This document shows positions 41,201 to 51,015 of a DNA stretch of 64,000 nucleotides, piece after piece (the stretch's first letter is position 1; every line of letters begins with the position of its first letter). The DNA comes from Candidatus Woesearchaeota archaeon (GTDB lineage Archaea > Nanobdellota > Nanobdellia > Woesearchaeales > UBA583): positions 320,001-384,000 of the forward strand of contig OZ242164.1 of NCBI GenBank assembly GCA_965205335.1, written 5' to 3'. Under the pieces are notes generated by a model, which was not told the origin of the DNA, searched no databases, and worked only from the letters and a program-made list of their open reading frames with translations. Made by a program: the position numbers and the translations under genes.

Positions 41201-44200
41201 AAGCAATAAAGGTCCTGCAATTACTGACTATGATGTAGAGTACCGTGAAGAAGATTCAAGTGGCTCTTTTAGTACTTGGACTCATAATGGAGCAGTTACA
41301 AGCACTACAATTACAAATTTAAGTACTAACACTACTTATTATGTTCAGGTTCGTGCTGAAAATGCAGAAGGAACCAGTGGCTGGTCTCCAGTTGCCAATG
41401 GTACTACTGGTGGTGCTCAATTGACGCCAGAGATTTCAGACGTTGAAGCATCTGACATTACTGCGGATGGTGCTAAAATTACAGTGATTGTAAGCAATCC
41501 TGATGGAAATTCCAAAAACATTTATTATCGTGTTTGGGCAATTATTAGTGATCATATTGTTGATAGTGGTGTAGTGAATACATCCACAAGTAGTGCGACT
41601 TTTAGGCTGACTGGTCTGAATGAAGGGTATAGACACGATGTAGATGTATCCTTTAATGAAAATTTTCCTGAAGAAGAGACTCTGCATGCTCAATTCACAC
41701 CTAAGGAGCCTAATAATCCTCCTATCCTCACTAAAAATCTGATAGAGTTTAATCTCAGTGAGAATGCAAACGGAAACAGTACACCCTTTCATATTGGAAG
41801 AGTTAAAGCAACTGACCCTGACGGTGACCCTTTAAACTACACCCTCGTAAGAACTCATACTGATGATATAGATAAATTCACTATCAATTCAACATCCGGT
41901 GATGTTTATTACACTGGAAGTGGAGAAGATTACGAAACAAAAAGACAGTACTTCTTATTAGGTAATTTATATGATGGAGTTAATGAACCTGTCTATTTCA
42001 GTATTACTATTGAAATCATTAACAACTCAGATGAAGATGGAAATAACCCTCCTGAATTTACAAGCAGTTCAACCTTCTCAGTAAATGAAAACAACATAAA
42101 CGTGGGAACTGTAACAGCTACTGACTCTGATACAGAAGACAGTGTTACAGATTATAATATCTCTGGCGGTGCAGATAGCACAAATTTCTCAATCACAAAC
42201 GGTGGTGTTTTGACTTTCAATTCTGCTCCTGATTTTGAGAATCCTTCCGACTCTAACAGCGATAATGAGTACGAGGTACAAGTTACTGCTACAAGTGGAA
42301 CAGGAAGTAGAGTGATGACCGCAACGCAGGACATTATAGTTACAGTAAATAATGTGAGTGAGAGTACGTCTAACAATCCACCTGAATTTACAAGCAGTCC
42401 AACCTTCTCAGTAAATGAAAACAACATAAACGTGGGAACTGTAACAGCTACTGACTCTGATACAGAAGACAGTGTTACAGATTATAATATCTCTGGCGGT
42501 GCAGACAACGCAGGATTATCAATCACAGGTGATGGTGTTTTGACTTTCAATTCTGCTCCTGATTTTGAGAATCCTTCCGACTCTAACAGCGATAATGAGT
42601 ACGAGGTGCAAGTTACTGCTACAAGTGGAACAGGAAGTAGAGTGATGACCACAACACAGGACATTATAGTTACAGTAAATAATGTGAGTGAGAGTACGCC
42701 TAACAATCCACCTGAATTTACAAGCAGTCCAACCTTCTCAGTAAATGAAAACAACATAAACGTGGGAACTGTAACAGCTACTGACTCTGATACAGAAGAC
42801 AGTGTTACAGATTATAATATCTCTGGCGGTGCAGACAACGCAGGATTATCAATCACAAACGGTGGTGTTTTGACTTTCAAATCTGCTCCTGATTTTGAAA
42901 ACGCTGATGATGATGACAGTAATAATGAGTATGAGGTACAAGTTACTGCTACAAGTGGAACTGGAAGTAGAGTGATGACCACAACACAGGACATTACAGT
43001 TACAGTAAATAATGTGAGTGAGAGTACAACTAATCTCCCTCCAACTTTCTCTATACCTCATACTACCTTTTATATTGACGAAAATACTATTGACGTAGGC
43101 ACAATAGTCACTAGTGACCCTGACATTCAGGACAGGATTACCGGTTATAGATTCATTAATGTCTCAAATTTTGATCAAGAATTATTCCAAATTACAAATG
43201 AAGGTGTTTTGACTTTCAAATCTGCTCCTGATTATGAAAATCCTTCTGACTACGACGGTGACAACACTTATCAATTTAGAGTGCAGGTTTCAAGTGGTAT
43301 AGGAAGCAGAAGAAGAACTAAAAACTCTGATGTATACGTGTTGGTAGATAATGTGAGTGATGAGATAGTTAATAACACTCCTGCATTTACAAGCAATCCA
43401 ACCTTCTCAGTAAATGAAAACAACATAAGCGTGGGAACAGTAACAGCTTCCGACTCTGATACAGAAGACAGTGTTACAGGTTATAATATCTCTGGCGGTG
43501 CAGACAACGCAAGATTATCAATCACTGGTGATGGTATTTTGACTTTCGTTTCTGCACCGGATTTTGAAAACCCAAATGATGATGACAGTAATAATGAGTA
43601 CGTGGTGCAGGTTACTGCTACAAGTGGAACAGGAAGTAGAGTGATGAACGCAACGCAGAACATTACAGTTACAGTAAATGATGTAAACGAGGCTCCATCC
43701 ACACCTTCGGCACCAACTTTAAGTTCCCCCACTCCAAATAGTTTATCTGTGAGTTGGTCTGCTCCCGATAATACTGGTCCAGATATCAATGATTATGATG
43801 TGCAGTACAGAAAAGGCTCAAGCGGAGCATTCACTAACAGGACACATACAGATAACTCTACAAGCACTACAATTACCGGTTTGGATGCTAATACTCAATA
43901 CCAAGTAAGGATTCTTGCACATAATGATGAGGGTGCAAGCAATTGGTCCCAGACATCCGATGCTACTACCAGTCCAGTACCTAACAACCAACCAACATTC
44001 ACAAGCAATCCAACCTTCTCAGTAAATGAAAACAACATAAGCGTGGGAACTGTTGTGGCTTCTGATACCGATACAGAAGACAGTGTTACTGGTTACATCA
44101 TCTCAGGAGGGACAGACAGATCTATGTTCTCAATTACAAACAGTGGAGTACTAACTTTCCAGTCTAATCCAGATTACGAGAACCCTTCCGATGTCGGAAC

Positions 44201-47200
44201 TAACAATAATTACGCAGTTGAAGTTACTGCTACAAGCGGTGCTAATAGTCGTGTGCTGACAGAAACACAGAATATTGTAGTTACTGTAGATGATGTAAAC
44301 GAGGCTCCATCCACACCTTCGGCACCAACTTTAAGTTCCCCTACTCCAAATAGTTTATCTGTGAGTTGGTCTGCTCCCGATAATACTGGTCCAGATATCA
44401 ATGATTATGATGTGCAGTACAGAAAAGGCTCAAGCGGAGCATTCACTAACAGGACACATACAGATAACTCTACAAGCACTACAATTACCGGTTTGGATGC
44501 TAATACTCAATACCAAGTAAGGATTCTTGCACATAATGATGAGGGTGCAAGCAATTGGTCCCAGACATCCGATGCTACTACCAGTCCAGTACCTAACAAC
44601 CAACCAACATTCACAAGCAATCCAACCTTCTCAGTAAATGAAAACAACATAAGCGTGGGAACTGTTGTGGCTTCTGATACCGATACAGAAGACAGTGTTA
44701 CTGGTTACATCATCTCAGGAGGGACAGACAGATCTATGTTCTCAATTACAAACAGTGGAGTACTAACTTTCCAGTCTAATCCAGATTACGAGAACCCTTC
44801 CGATGTCGGAACTAACAATAATTACGCAGTTGAAGTTACTGCTACAAGCGGTGCTAATAGTCGTGTGCTGACAGAAACACAGAATATTGTAGTTACTGTA
44901 GATGATGTAAACGAGGCTCCATCCACACCTTCGGCACCAACTTTAAGTTCCCCAACACCTAACAGTTTATTTGTAAGTTGGACTGCACCTGATAATACAG
45001 GTCCGGACATTAACGATTATGATGTGCAGTACAGAAAAGGTTCAAGCGGTTCATTCACTAACAGGACACATACAGACGACAGCACTAATACTACAATTAC
45101 AAGTCTGGATGCTAATACTTCATATCAAGTGAGGATTCTTGCACGTAATGATGAAGGGGGTAGTAACTGGTCTCCAACTGCTAGTTTTACTACAAGTTCA
45201 ATAAACAGTCCGCCAACTTTTACAAGCAGTCCAACCTTCTCAGTAAATGAAAACAACATAAACGTGGGAACAGTAACAGCTAACGACTCTGATACAGAGG
45301 ATAGTGTTACAAATTATAGTATCTCTGGAGGGGCTGACAACACAAGATTCTCAATAACAAACGGCGGTGTTTTGACTTTCGTTTCTGCACCAGATTTTGA
45401 AAACGCTGATGATGATGACAGTAATAATGAGTATGAGGTACAAGTTACTGCTACAAGTGGAACAGAAAGTAGAGTGATGACCACAACACAGGACATTACA
45501 GTTACAGTAAATAATGTGAGTGAGAGTACGCCTAACAATCCACCTGAATTTACAAGCAGTTCAACCTTTTCAGTAAATGAAAACATCAGAAACGTGGGAA
45601 ATGTTACAGCCTCTGACTCTGATACACAGGATAATGTTACAAGTTATAGTATCTCTGGCGGTGCAGACAACGCAAGATTATCAATCACAAACGGTGGTGT
45701 TTTGACTTTCGATTCTGCACCAGATTTCGAAAACCCAAATGATGCTAACAGTAATAATGAGTACGTGGTACAAGTTACTGCCACAAGTGGGACAGGAAGT
45801 AGGGAAATGAGTGCAACGCAGGACATTACTATCACAGTAAATAATGTGAGTGAAAGTACAGCTAATAGCCCTCCAGTTATCCCTATATCTTCTACTACTT
45901 TATATATTGACGAAAACAATATTGACGTAGGTACAATAGTCGCTAGTGATCCTGACATTCAGGACAGGATTACAGGTTATAAATTCATTAATGTCTCAAA
46001 TTTTGATCAAGAATTATTCCAAATTACAAATGAAGGTGTTTTGACTTTCAAGTCTCCTCCTGATTATGAAAATCCTTCTGACTATGATGGTGACAACACT
46101 TATCAATTTAGAGTGCAGGTTTCAAGTGGTATAGGAAGCAGAAAAAGAACTACAAACTCTGATGTATACGTGTTGGTAGATAATGTGAGTGATGAGATAG
46201 TTAATAACCCTCCTGCATTTACAAGCAGTTCAACCTTCTCAGTAAATGAAAACAACATAGGCGTGGGAACAGTAACAGCTTCCGACTCTGATACAGAAGA
46301 CAGTGTTACAGGTTATAATATCTCTGGCGGTGCAGACAACGCAAGATTATCAATCACTGGTGATGGTATTTTGACTTTCGTTTCTGCACCGGATTTCGAA
46401 AACCCAAATGATGCTGACAGTGATAATGAGTACGAGGTACAAGTTACTGCTACAAGTGGGACAGGAAGTAGAGTGATGACCGCAACGCAGGACATTACAG
46501 TTACAGTAACTAATGTGAGCGAGAGTACGCCTAACAATCCTCCTCAATTCCCCACCGGCGTAGCCTATTTGGACCTTGATGAGAATTTGAATGGTCCTAA
46601 ACATGTTCAGGACATCACTGCAAGTGATGATGTTAATGATACTATAACCTACTCAATTGCTTCTTGTGATAGAAGTAAGTTTAGTATTAATTCGTCAAAT
46701 GGTGAGGTATTTTACATTGGTAGTGGGGAAGATTTTGAGAGTTTAGTGCGGTCTGGTTCAACCCAGTTTAATTGTATAATTGAAGCCAGTGATGGGTCGC
46801 TTAATGATACTATTAGGTTAGAGGTTAACGTTCAGGATGTAAATGAGGCTCCTGTGTTCACCGAGCTTGAGACACGCGGACAGATGGAGGCTTATTTTTT
46901 TGATTTTGATGAGAATCTGAATGGCAGTTCTACTCCTGTTTTTGTAGGGAATGCAACCGCGACTGATGACGATGAGGATAATTTAACGTATAGTTTTACT
47001 ACTGCTCAAACCAAGTTTGAGATTAATTCATCAACTGGTGAGATAACGTATGTTGGTAGAGGGGAAAATCAAGAAGATGAAGATGATTTTATGACAGCGG
47101 TGCAGGTAAGTGATGGTACTCTTAATGTTTCTGTCAATGTTTTCATTAGTGTTAATGGCGTAAACGAGGCTCCATCCACACCTTCGGCACCAACTTTAAG

Positions 47201-50200
47201 TTCCCCAACACCTAACAGTTTATTTGTAAGTTGGACTGCACCTGATAATACAGGTCCGGACATTAACGATTATGACGTGCAGTACAGAAAAGGTTCAAGC
47301 GGAGCATTCACTAACAGGACACATACAGACGATAGCACTAATACTACAATTACAAGTCTGGATGCTAATACTTTATATCAAGTGAGGATTCTTGCACGTA
47401 ATGATGAAGGGGATAGTAACTGGTCTCCAACTGCTAGTTTTACTACAGGTTCAATAAACATTCCGCCAACTTTTACAAGCAGTCCAACCTTCTCAGTAAA
47501 TGAAAACAACATAAACGTGGGAACAGTAACAGCTAACGACTCTGATACAGAGGATAGTGTTACAAATTATAGTCTCTCAGGCGGTTCTGACAGCACAAAG
47601 TTCTCAATCACTAGTGGTGGTGTTTTGACTTTTGTTTCTGCACCGGATTTTGAATACCCTGATGATGCTGACAATAATAATGAGTACGAAATACAAGTTA
47701 CTGCTACAAGTGGTGCGGGAAGTAGAGTGATGACCGCAACGCAGGATATTACAGTTACAGTAAATAATGTGAGCGAGAGTACGCCCAACGTTCCTCCTGT
47801 ATTTACAAGCAATTCAACCTTCTCAGTACAAGAAAACAACATAAACGTGGGAACAGTAATAGCCTCTGACTCTGATACAGAAGACAGTGTTACAGGTTAT
47901 AGTATCTCTGGAGGGGCTGACAACACAAGATTCTCAATCACAAACGGTGGTGTTTTGACTTTCGTTTCAGCACCGGATTTTGAAAACGCTAATGACTATA
48001 ACGGAGACAGAATATATGTAGTACAGGTTACTGCTACAAGTGGGTCTGGTAGCAGAAGATTGACTGCAATACAAGACATTACAGTTACAGTAAATGATGT
48101 GGATGAGACTGTGCCTAACGATCCTCCTGAATTTATAAGCAATTCAACATTCTCAGTAAATGAGAACAACATAAACGTGGGAACAGTTAGAGCTACCGAC
48201 TCCGATACACAAGATAGTGTTACAAAATATAGTATCTCTGGCGGTTCTGACAGCACAAATTTCTCAATCACAAATAGCGGTATTCTGCATTTCATTTCTG
48301 TACCGGATTTTGAAAACCCTACTGATGCTAACAGTGATAATGAATATGAGGTACAAGTTACTGCTACAAGTGGGACTGGGAGCAGAGTGATGACCGCAAC
48401 ACAGAACATTATAATTACAATAACTAACGCAAATGAATCTCCTATTTTCACACAGAACTCTTATACCTTCAATATTAGTGAGAACGTAAACGGAACTTCT
48501 GTACATTTAGGAACAGTAACTGCAAATGACCCTGACTCTAACAGTGTTATAACATACTCCATCACAGTAGGCGACACGAATAAATTTAACATTAACTCAG
48601 CAGGTGAAATAACATACAATGGAAGTGGAGAAGATTACGAGAGAACAAAACGATACCGTTTAACAGTAAGAGCAAGTGATGGAACAAACAATGTAAACTC
48701 TAGCGTTATAATTAACATCAACAACCTAAATGATGGAGAAGAATTTGGATTTGAAAGAAATGCATACACATTCACTCTTGATGAGAACGCAGATGGTAGT
48801 TCAACTCCTGTATCTATCGGCACAGTAATTGCAATCAATTCCAACGGAACTGCAACATACTCAATTACAGAAGGTGACACAAGCAAATTTAACATTAAGT
48901 CATCAAGTGGGGTTATCTCATATATTGGAAGCGGAGAGAATTATGAAAGTGAAACAAGACAATATAACCTGACAATTAAGGCAGCCGATGGAACAAATGA
49001 AGTTACCACTGATGTTACTGTTAATATCAATAATTTAAATGAAGCAAATAACCAACCCCTTGTAGCAAGAGATGATAGAATTGATATAACCTCAGGCGAT
49101 ACCACAAGTGTTCTATCTAATGGAATAACAAATGTTAGAGATAATGACGAGGAGCAGGATAATGAAATTTCCCCACCGAGGATAACTCTAATCAGTGATG
49201 TAAAATATGGAAATTTAACGCTTAATGAGAATGGTACTTTCATATACAGACACTATGGCAACTCCACAGCAGAAGACAACTTTATGTATAGCATTAGTGA
49301 TGGAAATTACAGTGACAATGCAACAGTTACAATTACAGTGCAAGAGGACACATCATCTCCTAATGTTAATAGAAGTTCTTCATCTTCTTCATCCACATCA
49401 AGAAGTGGAAGCAGTGGAGGAGGTAGTAGCGGGACCCGGCTAAATGAAGGAGACCCAACTGAATTCAATATAAGAAGTGGAGGGTCAAGTGTTGTCTTAA
49501 TCATTGTGGAAGCAAATGAGAGAGTAAACAACGTAAAAATCAAAGCAAGAAAACTCAAAAACCTTCCATCATCTGTAGATGAAACTCCTAATGATGAGAT
49601 ATACGAGTATATAGATATAACAGCAAGCAGATTAGACAATGATGAAATTTCTGATGCTGAAATTGAATTCATTGTAGACAAAGAATGGTTATCAGACAAT
49701 GGATTTGATAAAGATGAAATAATAATGTTAATATATAATGAAGATGACGATGAATGGGAAGATTTAGATACTGAGGTAATCGGGGAAAATTCAGAAGAAG
49801 TCAGATACTCAGCAGAAACTTCTGGGTTTGCAATCTTTAGTATAGTTGCAAGAGAAAAACCTGATACAAAACCTCAAAAACCAATAGTTGAAACTACACC
49901 AGAAACGCAAATTATAACAAATGAAACAGAGACTAATACAACATTAACAGAAACACGAACTATAACTAATGAAACTGAATCTAAAACAATACCTGTTACA
50001 ACAAAACCTCAAACCCTCTCTAACCTAATTATAATCATACCTTTGATTGCATTAACATTGATAGTATTAGTAGTTGTTGGTTCTTTAATAATTAAGAAGT
50101 CAAAAAGCAGACGTTCTGGAGCAAAGAAAGAGAAAAAAACAAGACCAATAACTCAAACTCCTGCTATACTCTCATTAGAGAAAACCAAATCCATTGCAAC

Positions 50201-50825
50201 TTCTCCCCAATATAAGACTCAACCTTCTACAAAATATATGAAACAGAAGAACATATCAGAACAAAGAAAAATACCATTAGAGCAAACAATCATTTCAGTA
50301 ATATTAGGAATAATAATATTAATTTCTGGAATTGTGTACATGATTCTCTTCTCAGAACCAAATAGTATCCCTTCCTTAGAAGGCATAATCACAAATATAA
50401 ATCTATTTATATTCATCTCATTGATTGTGGTATTAGCAACAATAACTGTACTTATATCCAAAATCACAAGAGATAACTCAACTAAACAATCAACAAGGCA
50501 AACCAGACAATATACAAAACCAGAACCATCTCCTTCATCTCTCTCTACAAATAAAACAAGACGTGACAGTACAAAGTACTCAACAAAAACAGTTTCAGTA
50601 TTATCATTAATATTGACTGTGTTAATATTAATTATACTTGCAATTGTGATGTATATGAATTCTACTGCAATTTCTAATATATTTTCCGCTGAAAATCTGA
50701 ACACTATACTGTTCGTCTCCCTGATTATAGTGATAATAATAATATTTGGAGTTGAATACAAATATAAAGTATTTAATGAACTCCTATTTAGAGAGAGCAA
50801 CACTCAAAAAAGCAAGATCCTGTAA
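35289..50825 (+). CDS. Giant 5178-aa cell-surface adhesin: signal peptide, beta-propeller repeats, many cadherin-like and FN3 repeats, PGF-pre-PGF-like domain, ~5 C-terminal TM helices
   Basis: Cadherin motifs (N.PP.F, V.EN, A.D.D, PDFE, V.V.DVNE) and FN3 motifs (W.AP...YDVQYR...L..NT.YQVR..A.N.EG..W). Also EYIDIT...IEFIVDKEWL...ETSGFAIFSI, and hydrophobic C-terminal segments. Confidence 0.92.
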   Translation: MMEVPKRGVRRRAFSVFCLIFLFAFMGVVLADNVSAVKLVGNLDSESSGDLTIGEYQTSTGVGAQAFTTGNNPEGYVITGVEINVSVASSNRTALVSIQSSNNSKLYDLTGSVTSAGVQSFTAPENATLNASTTYFLHIAPGTGTLNFKVGVTDSDSEDSASASGWSVENVSLHSMNNGSSFTINTDSLQLAVYGDAVSINPEIPTNSFDLDSSNSNPFGLWSDGETLWVSDESGNKAYAYTFAEGSLTYDSSKDFSTVASPDGAGVNANNDIIYLLRPAGDFLTAHAYNFSGDRQNSKDVTNINITFNAQSTGLWADSTTIWITGKWSDPSHFMYGYNLNGTRNSNKDILIGSCINSYGAWSDEETIWVIGECTTGGNKIRAFNLSDGARDSARDIPISENNTQPRGLWSDGEFMWTANNKGTNDKVYSYKYRNNSYGLRIQGSPVTGHTLSADSSSITDPNGLPDSPDFSYQWQYDDGTDIAGATSKTYRLRASDVGKKIQVRVRFIDNARYDEELYSESFEIIKDKIPTSSFDLDSSNSNPFGLWSDGETLWVSDESGNKAYAYTFAEGSLTYDSSKDFSTIASPDGAGVNANNDIIYLLRPTGDFLTAHAYNFSGDRQNSKDVTNINITFNAQSTGLWADSTTIWITGKWSDPSHFVYGYNLNGTRNSNKDILIGSCINSYGAWSDEETIWVIGNCITGGNKIRAFNLSDGARDSARDISISENNTQPRGLWSDGEFMWTANNKGTNDKVYSYKYRNNAEGLRIQGSPITGHTLSADIASITEPNGLPDSPEFSYQWQYADGTDIAGAISKTYYLKVADAGKKVRVRVSFTDNARYEEEIFSEPTGTIQVNELAVFGQSEYIFYLDENRNGSGVNAITLGRITVTDKNKPSGVGLFFTESSSINSNDGKFRITGETTDTFRFQYRGTGEEYNETKNKYVYTITTFNNNNFTNSTSVNVTIYINDPNEAPVFEHLRYFFYLDKNKSGKPTPVELGTITVTDNKDPDGVTLFFPETNSPSSNDGKFRIIGETTDTFRFQYRGTGEEYNETKDRYVYTIAALDNNNNIAYMNVTVLIRNSTEPPVFDQREYVFYLDVNISGPVEMGTITLTDNDDSNGITLFFTEINSVNSNDGKFRISGGARDTFRFQYKGTGETDETNKYVYTIEAIDDRDNSAYANVTIYIINPNAPVFSQKEYVFYLDENQIGNDTPIDLGTISATDNDDPDGFAFSFANDSNDTFTPYSKDNKFRIKANTTTSSTFRYVGDGEEYNETDETKNKYVYTIITSDNNLNYAYATVTVYINDPNEASVFDQSEYIFYLDENRSGSGDNPITLGTINLNVNGIAGLKFKDGDNTLSSDSKFKIKSISDNSFEFRYIGTGEEYNETDETKNIYEYPIFTVYVGEDNGNSTTKLELVNVTINIREVEEETNEAPVFINTAYFALMDENRSGNQTPLDLITISATDNDDTNGITFFFSETNSNNSNDGKFRMAEFGINTVVLQYIGTGEDYDSENQYVYIIGARDDNNNTAYVNVTVDIKDPDNSPPVFNQSEYVFYLDENRSGSGGNAITLGTITLTDKENEQVALGFIGTATTYSSDNKFHIEHINGNSYRIRYVGTGEDYETTNEYVFGIFATDRSNNVVRTNVTVYINNPNEPIRETNDTLVSNLNQARHFSSFGFGSTRLAQGFTTGNNSLGYVLEKVEISVTNGNFFRGVINTHTAIYSASGNNPGTKLYNLTGNNVSMGYNEFTAPENTVLNASTSYFFVIEKESYSNSRHTFNLEVTNSNDEDSGASVGWSIKDKGQTQSVTNPGSWSSELYIQSVRTNTSLKMAVYGEEKTNSPPVFSGSSTFTVNEHKKRVGTVMASDEDVEDSITGYSISGGEDSGSFRINNNGVLHFIPTPNFESPSDVGGDNEYKVSVQVTSGTGSRLLTTNKEFTINVNDLNEPPSTPAKPTLNFPTSTSLLVNWVAPSNKGPAITDYDVEYREEDSSGSFSTWTHNGAVTSTTITNLSTNTTYYVQVRAENAEGTSGWSPVANGTTGGAQLTPEISDVEASDITADGAKITVIVSNPDGNSKNIYYRVWAIISDHIVDSGVVNTSTSSATFRLTGLNEGYRHDVDVSFNENFPEEETLHAQFTPKEPNNPPILTKNLIEFNLSENANGNSTPFHIGRVKATDPDGDPLNYTLVRTHTDDIDKFTINSTSGDVYYTGSGEDYETKRQYFLLGNLYDGVNEPVYFSITIEIINNSDEDGNNPPEFTSSSTFSVNENNINVGTVTATDSDTEDSVTDYNISGGADSTNFSITNGGVLTFNSAPDFENPSDSNSDNEYEVQVTATSGTGSRVMTATQDIIVTVNNVSESTSNNPPEFTSSPTFSVNENNINVGTVTATDSDTEDSVTDYNISGGADNAGLSITGDGVLTFNSAPDFENPSDSNSDNEYEVQVTATSGTGSRVMTTTQDIIVTVNNVSESTPNNPPEFTSSPTFSVNENNINVGTVTATDSDTEDSVTDYNISGGADNAGLSITNGGVLTFKSAPDFENADDDDSNNEYEVQVTATSGTGSRVMTTTQDITVTVNNVSESTTNLPPTFSIPHTTFYIDENTIDVGTIVTSDPDIQDRITGYRFINVSNFDQELFQITNEGVLTFKSAPDYENPSDYDGDNTYQFRVQVSSGIGSRRRTKNSDVYVLVDNVSDEIVNNTPAFTSNPTFSVNENNISVGTVTASDSDTEDSVTGYNISGGADNARLSITGDGILTFVSAPDFENPNDDDSNNEYVVQVTATSGTGSRVMNATQNITVTVNDVNEAPSTPSAPTLSSPTPNSLSVSWSAPDNTGPDINDYDVQYRKGSSGAFTNRTHTDNSTSTTITGLDANTQYQVRILAHNDEGASNWSQTSDATTSPVPNNQPTFTSNPTFSVNENNISVGTVVASDTDTEDSVTGYIISGGTDRSMFSITNSGVLTFQSNPDYENPSDVGTNNNYAVEVTATSGANSRVLTETQNIVVTVDDVNEAPSTPSAPTLSSPTPNSLSVSWSAPDNTGPDINDYDVQYRKGSSGAFTNRTHTDNSTSTTITGLDANTQYQVRILAHNDEGASNWSQTSDATTSPVPNNQPTFTSNPTFSVNENNISVGTVVASDTDTEDSVTGYIISGGTDRSMFSITNSGVLTFQSNPDYENPSDVGTNNNYAVEVTATSGANSRVLTETQNIVVTVDDVNEAPSTPSAPTLSSPTPNSLFVSWTAPDNTGPDINDYDVQYRKGSSGSFTNRTHTDDSTNTTITSLDANTSYQVRILARNDEGGSNWSPTASFTTSSINSPPTFTSSPTFSVNENNINVGTVTANDSDTEDSVTNYSISGGADNTRFSITNGGVLTFVSAPDFENADDDDSNNEYEVQVTATSGTESRVMTTTQDITVTVNNVSESTPNNPPEFTSSSTFSVNENIRNVGNVTASDSDTQDNVTSYSISGGADNARLSITNGGVLTFDSAPDFENPNDANSNNEYVVQVTATSGTGSREMSATQDITITVNNVSESTANSPPVIPISSTTLYIDENNIDVGTIVASDPDIQDRITGYKFINVSNFDQELFQITNEGVLTFKSPPDYENPSDYDGDNTYQFRVQVSSGIGSRKRTTNSDVYVLVDNVSDEIVNNPPAFTSSSTFSVNENNIGVGTVTASDSDTEDSVTGYNISGGADNARLSITGDGILTFVSAPDFENPNDADSDNEYEVQVTATSGTGSRVMTATQDITVTVTNVSESTPNNPPQFPTGVAYLDLDENLNGPKHVQDITASDDVNDTITYSIASCDRSKFSINSSNGEVFYIGSGEDFESLVRSGSTQFNCIIEASDGSLNDTIRLEVNVQDVNEAPVFTELETRGQMEAYFFDFDENLNGSSTPVFVGNATATDDDEDNLTYSFTTAQTKFEINSSTGEITYVGRGENQEDEDDFMTAVQVSDGTLNVSVNVFISVNGVNEAPSTPSAPTLSSPTPNSLFVSWTAPDNTGPDINDYDVQYRKGSSGAFTNRTHTDDSTNTTITSLDANTLYQVRILARNDEGDSNWSPTASFTTGSINIPPTFTSSPTFSVNENNINVGTVTANDSDTEDSVTNYSLSGGSDSTKFSITSGGVLTFVSAPDFEYPDDADNNNEYEIQVTATSGAGSRVMTATQDITVTVNNVSESTPNVPPVFTSNSTFSVQENNINVGTVIASDSDTEDSVTGYSISGGADNTRFSITNGGVLTFVSAPDFENANDYNGDRIYVVQVTATSGSGSRRLTAIQDITVTVNDVDETVPNDPPEFISNSTFSVNENNINVGTVRATDSDTQDSVTKYSISGGSDSTNFSITNSGILHFISVPDFENPTDANSDNEYEVQVTATSGTGSRVMTATQNIIITITNANESPIFTQNSYTFNISENVNGTSVHLGTVTANDPDSNSVITYSITVGDTNKFNINSAGEITYNGSGEDYERTKRYRLTVRASDGTNNVNSSVIININNLNDGEEFGFERNAYTFTLDENADGSSTPVSIGTVIAINSNGTATYSITEGDTSKFNIKSSSGVISYIGSGENYESETRQYNLTIKAADGTNEVTTDVTVNINNLNEANNQPLVARDDRIDITSGDTTSVLSNGITNVRDNDEEQDNEISPPRITLISDVKYGNLTLNENGTFIYRHYGNSTAEDNFMYSISDGNYSDNATVTITVQEDTSSPNVNRSSSSSSSTSRSGSSGGGSSGTRLNEGDPTEFNIRSGGSSVVLIIVEANERVNNVKIKARKLKNLPSSVDETPNDEIYEYIDITASRLDNDEISDAEIEFIVDKEWLSDNGFDKDEIIMLIYNEDDDEWEDLDTEVIGENSEEVRYSAETSGFAIFSIVAREKPDTKPQKPIVETTPETQIITNETETNTTLTETRTITNETESKTIPVTTKPQTLSNLIIIIPLIALTLIVLVVVGSLIIKKSKSRRSGAKKEKKTRPITQTPAILSLEKTKSIATSPQYKTQPSTKYMKQKNISEQRKIPLEQTIISVILGIIILISGIVYMILFSEPNSIPSLEGIITNINLFIFISLIVVLATITVLISKITRDNSTKQSTRQTRQYTKPEPSPSSLSTNKTRRDSTKYSTKTVSVLSLILTVLILIILAIVMYMNSTAISNIFSAENLNTILFVSLIIVIIIIFGVEYKYKVFNELLFRESNTQKSKIL
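35909..37830 (+). repeat. 978-bp-period intragenic tandem duplication (propeller + Ig-like unit)
   Basis: gttttgatttggatagttcaaacagc occurs at 35911 and 36889. Confidence 0.9.
43681..44955 (+). repeat. 612-bp near-perfect tandem repeat (FN3 + cadherin unit)
   Basis: atgtaaacgaggctccatccacacc occurs at 43681, 44293 and 44905, with a related copy near 47160. Confidence 0.92.
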
Positions 50826-51015
50826 ATTTTTGATTGTTGTACTTATGCTTATAGATAAAGTTCTCAAGTAACTTATTCCTTACAATAAAATAATTTTGTA
50901 GTATGCTATCAAACAAAACTATCTCCATAACTCCAAAAACAAAGCCCAAAATCCTGAAATAAAAACAAAAAGAACCATAAAACAAAACAGATACATAATA
51001 ATCTGTGGGGAAGAA

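Noticed and set aside
42040-48430. Regular repeats that might suggest a CRISPR array or a DGR template
   Set aside because: Units are 300-612 bp, in frame and protein-coding. There are no unique spacers, cas genes or reverse transcriptase, and no adenine-specific variation was evident.
37497-50803. Many minus-strand ORFs within the giant gene
   Set aside because: Antisense shadows of repetitive Thr/Ser/Asn/Val-rich coding sequence; they repeat with the sense-strand repeats.
50788-50985. 65-aa minus-strand ORF near the island's right end
   Set aside because: No recognisable motif, and it overlaps the adhesin's 3' end; possibly a remnant, but unsupported.
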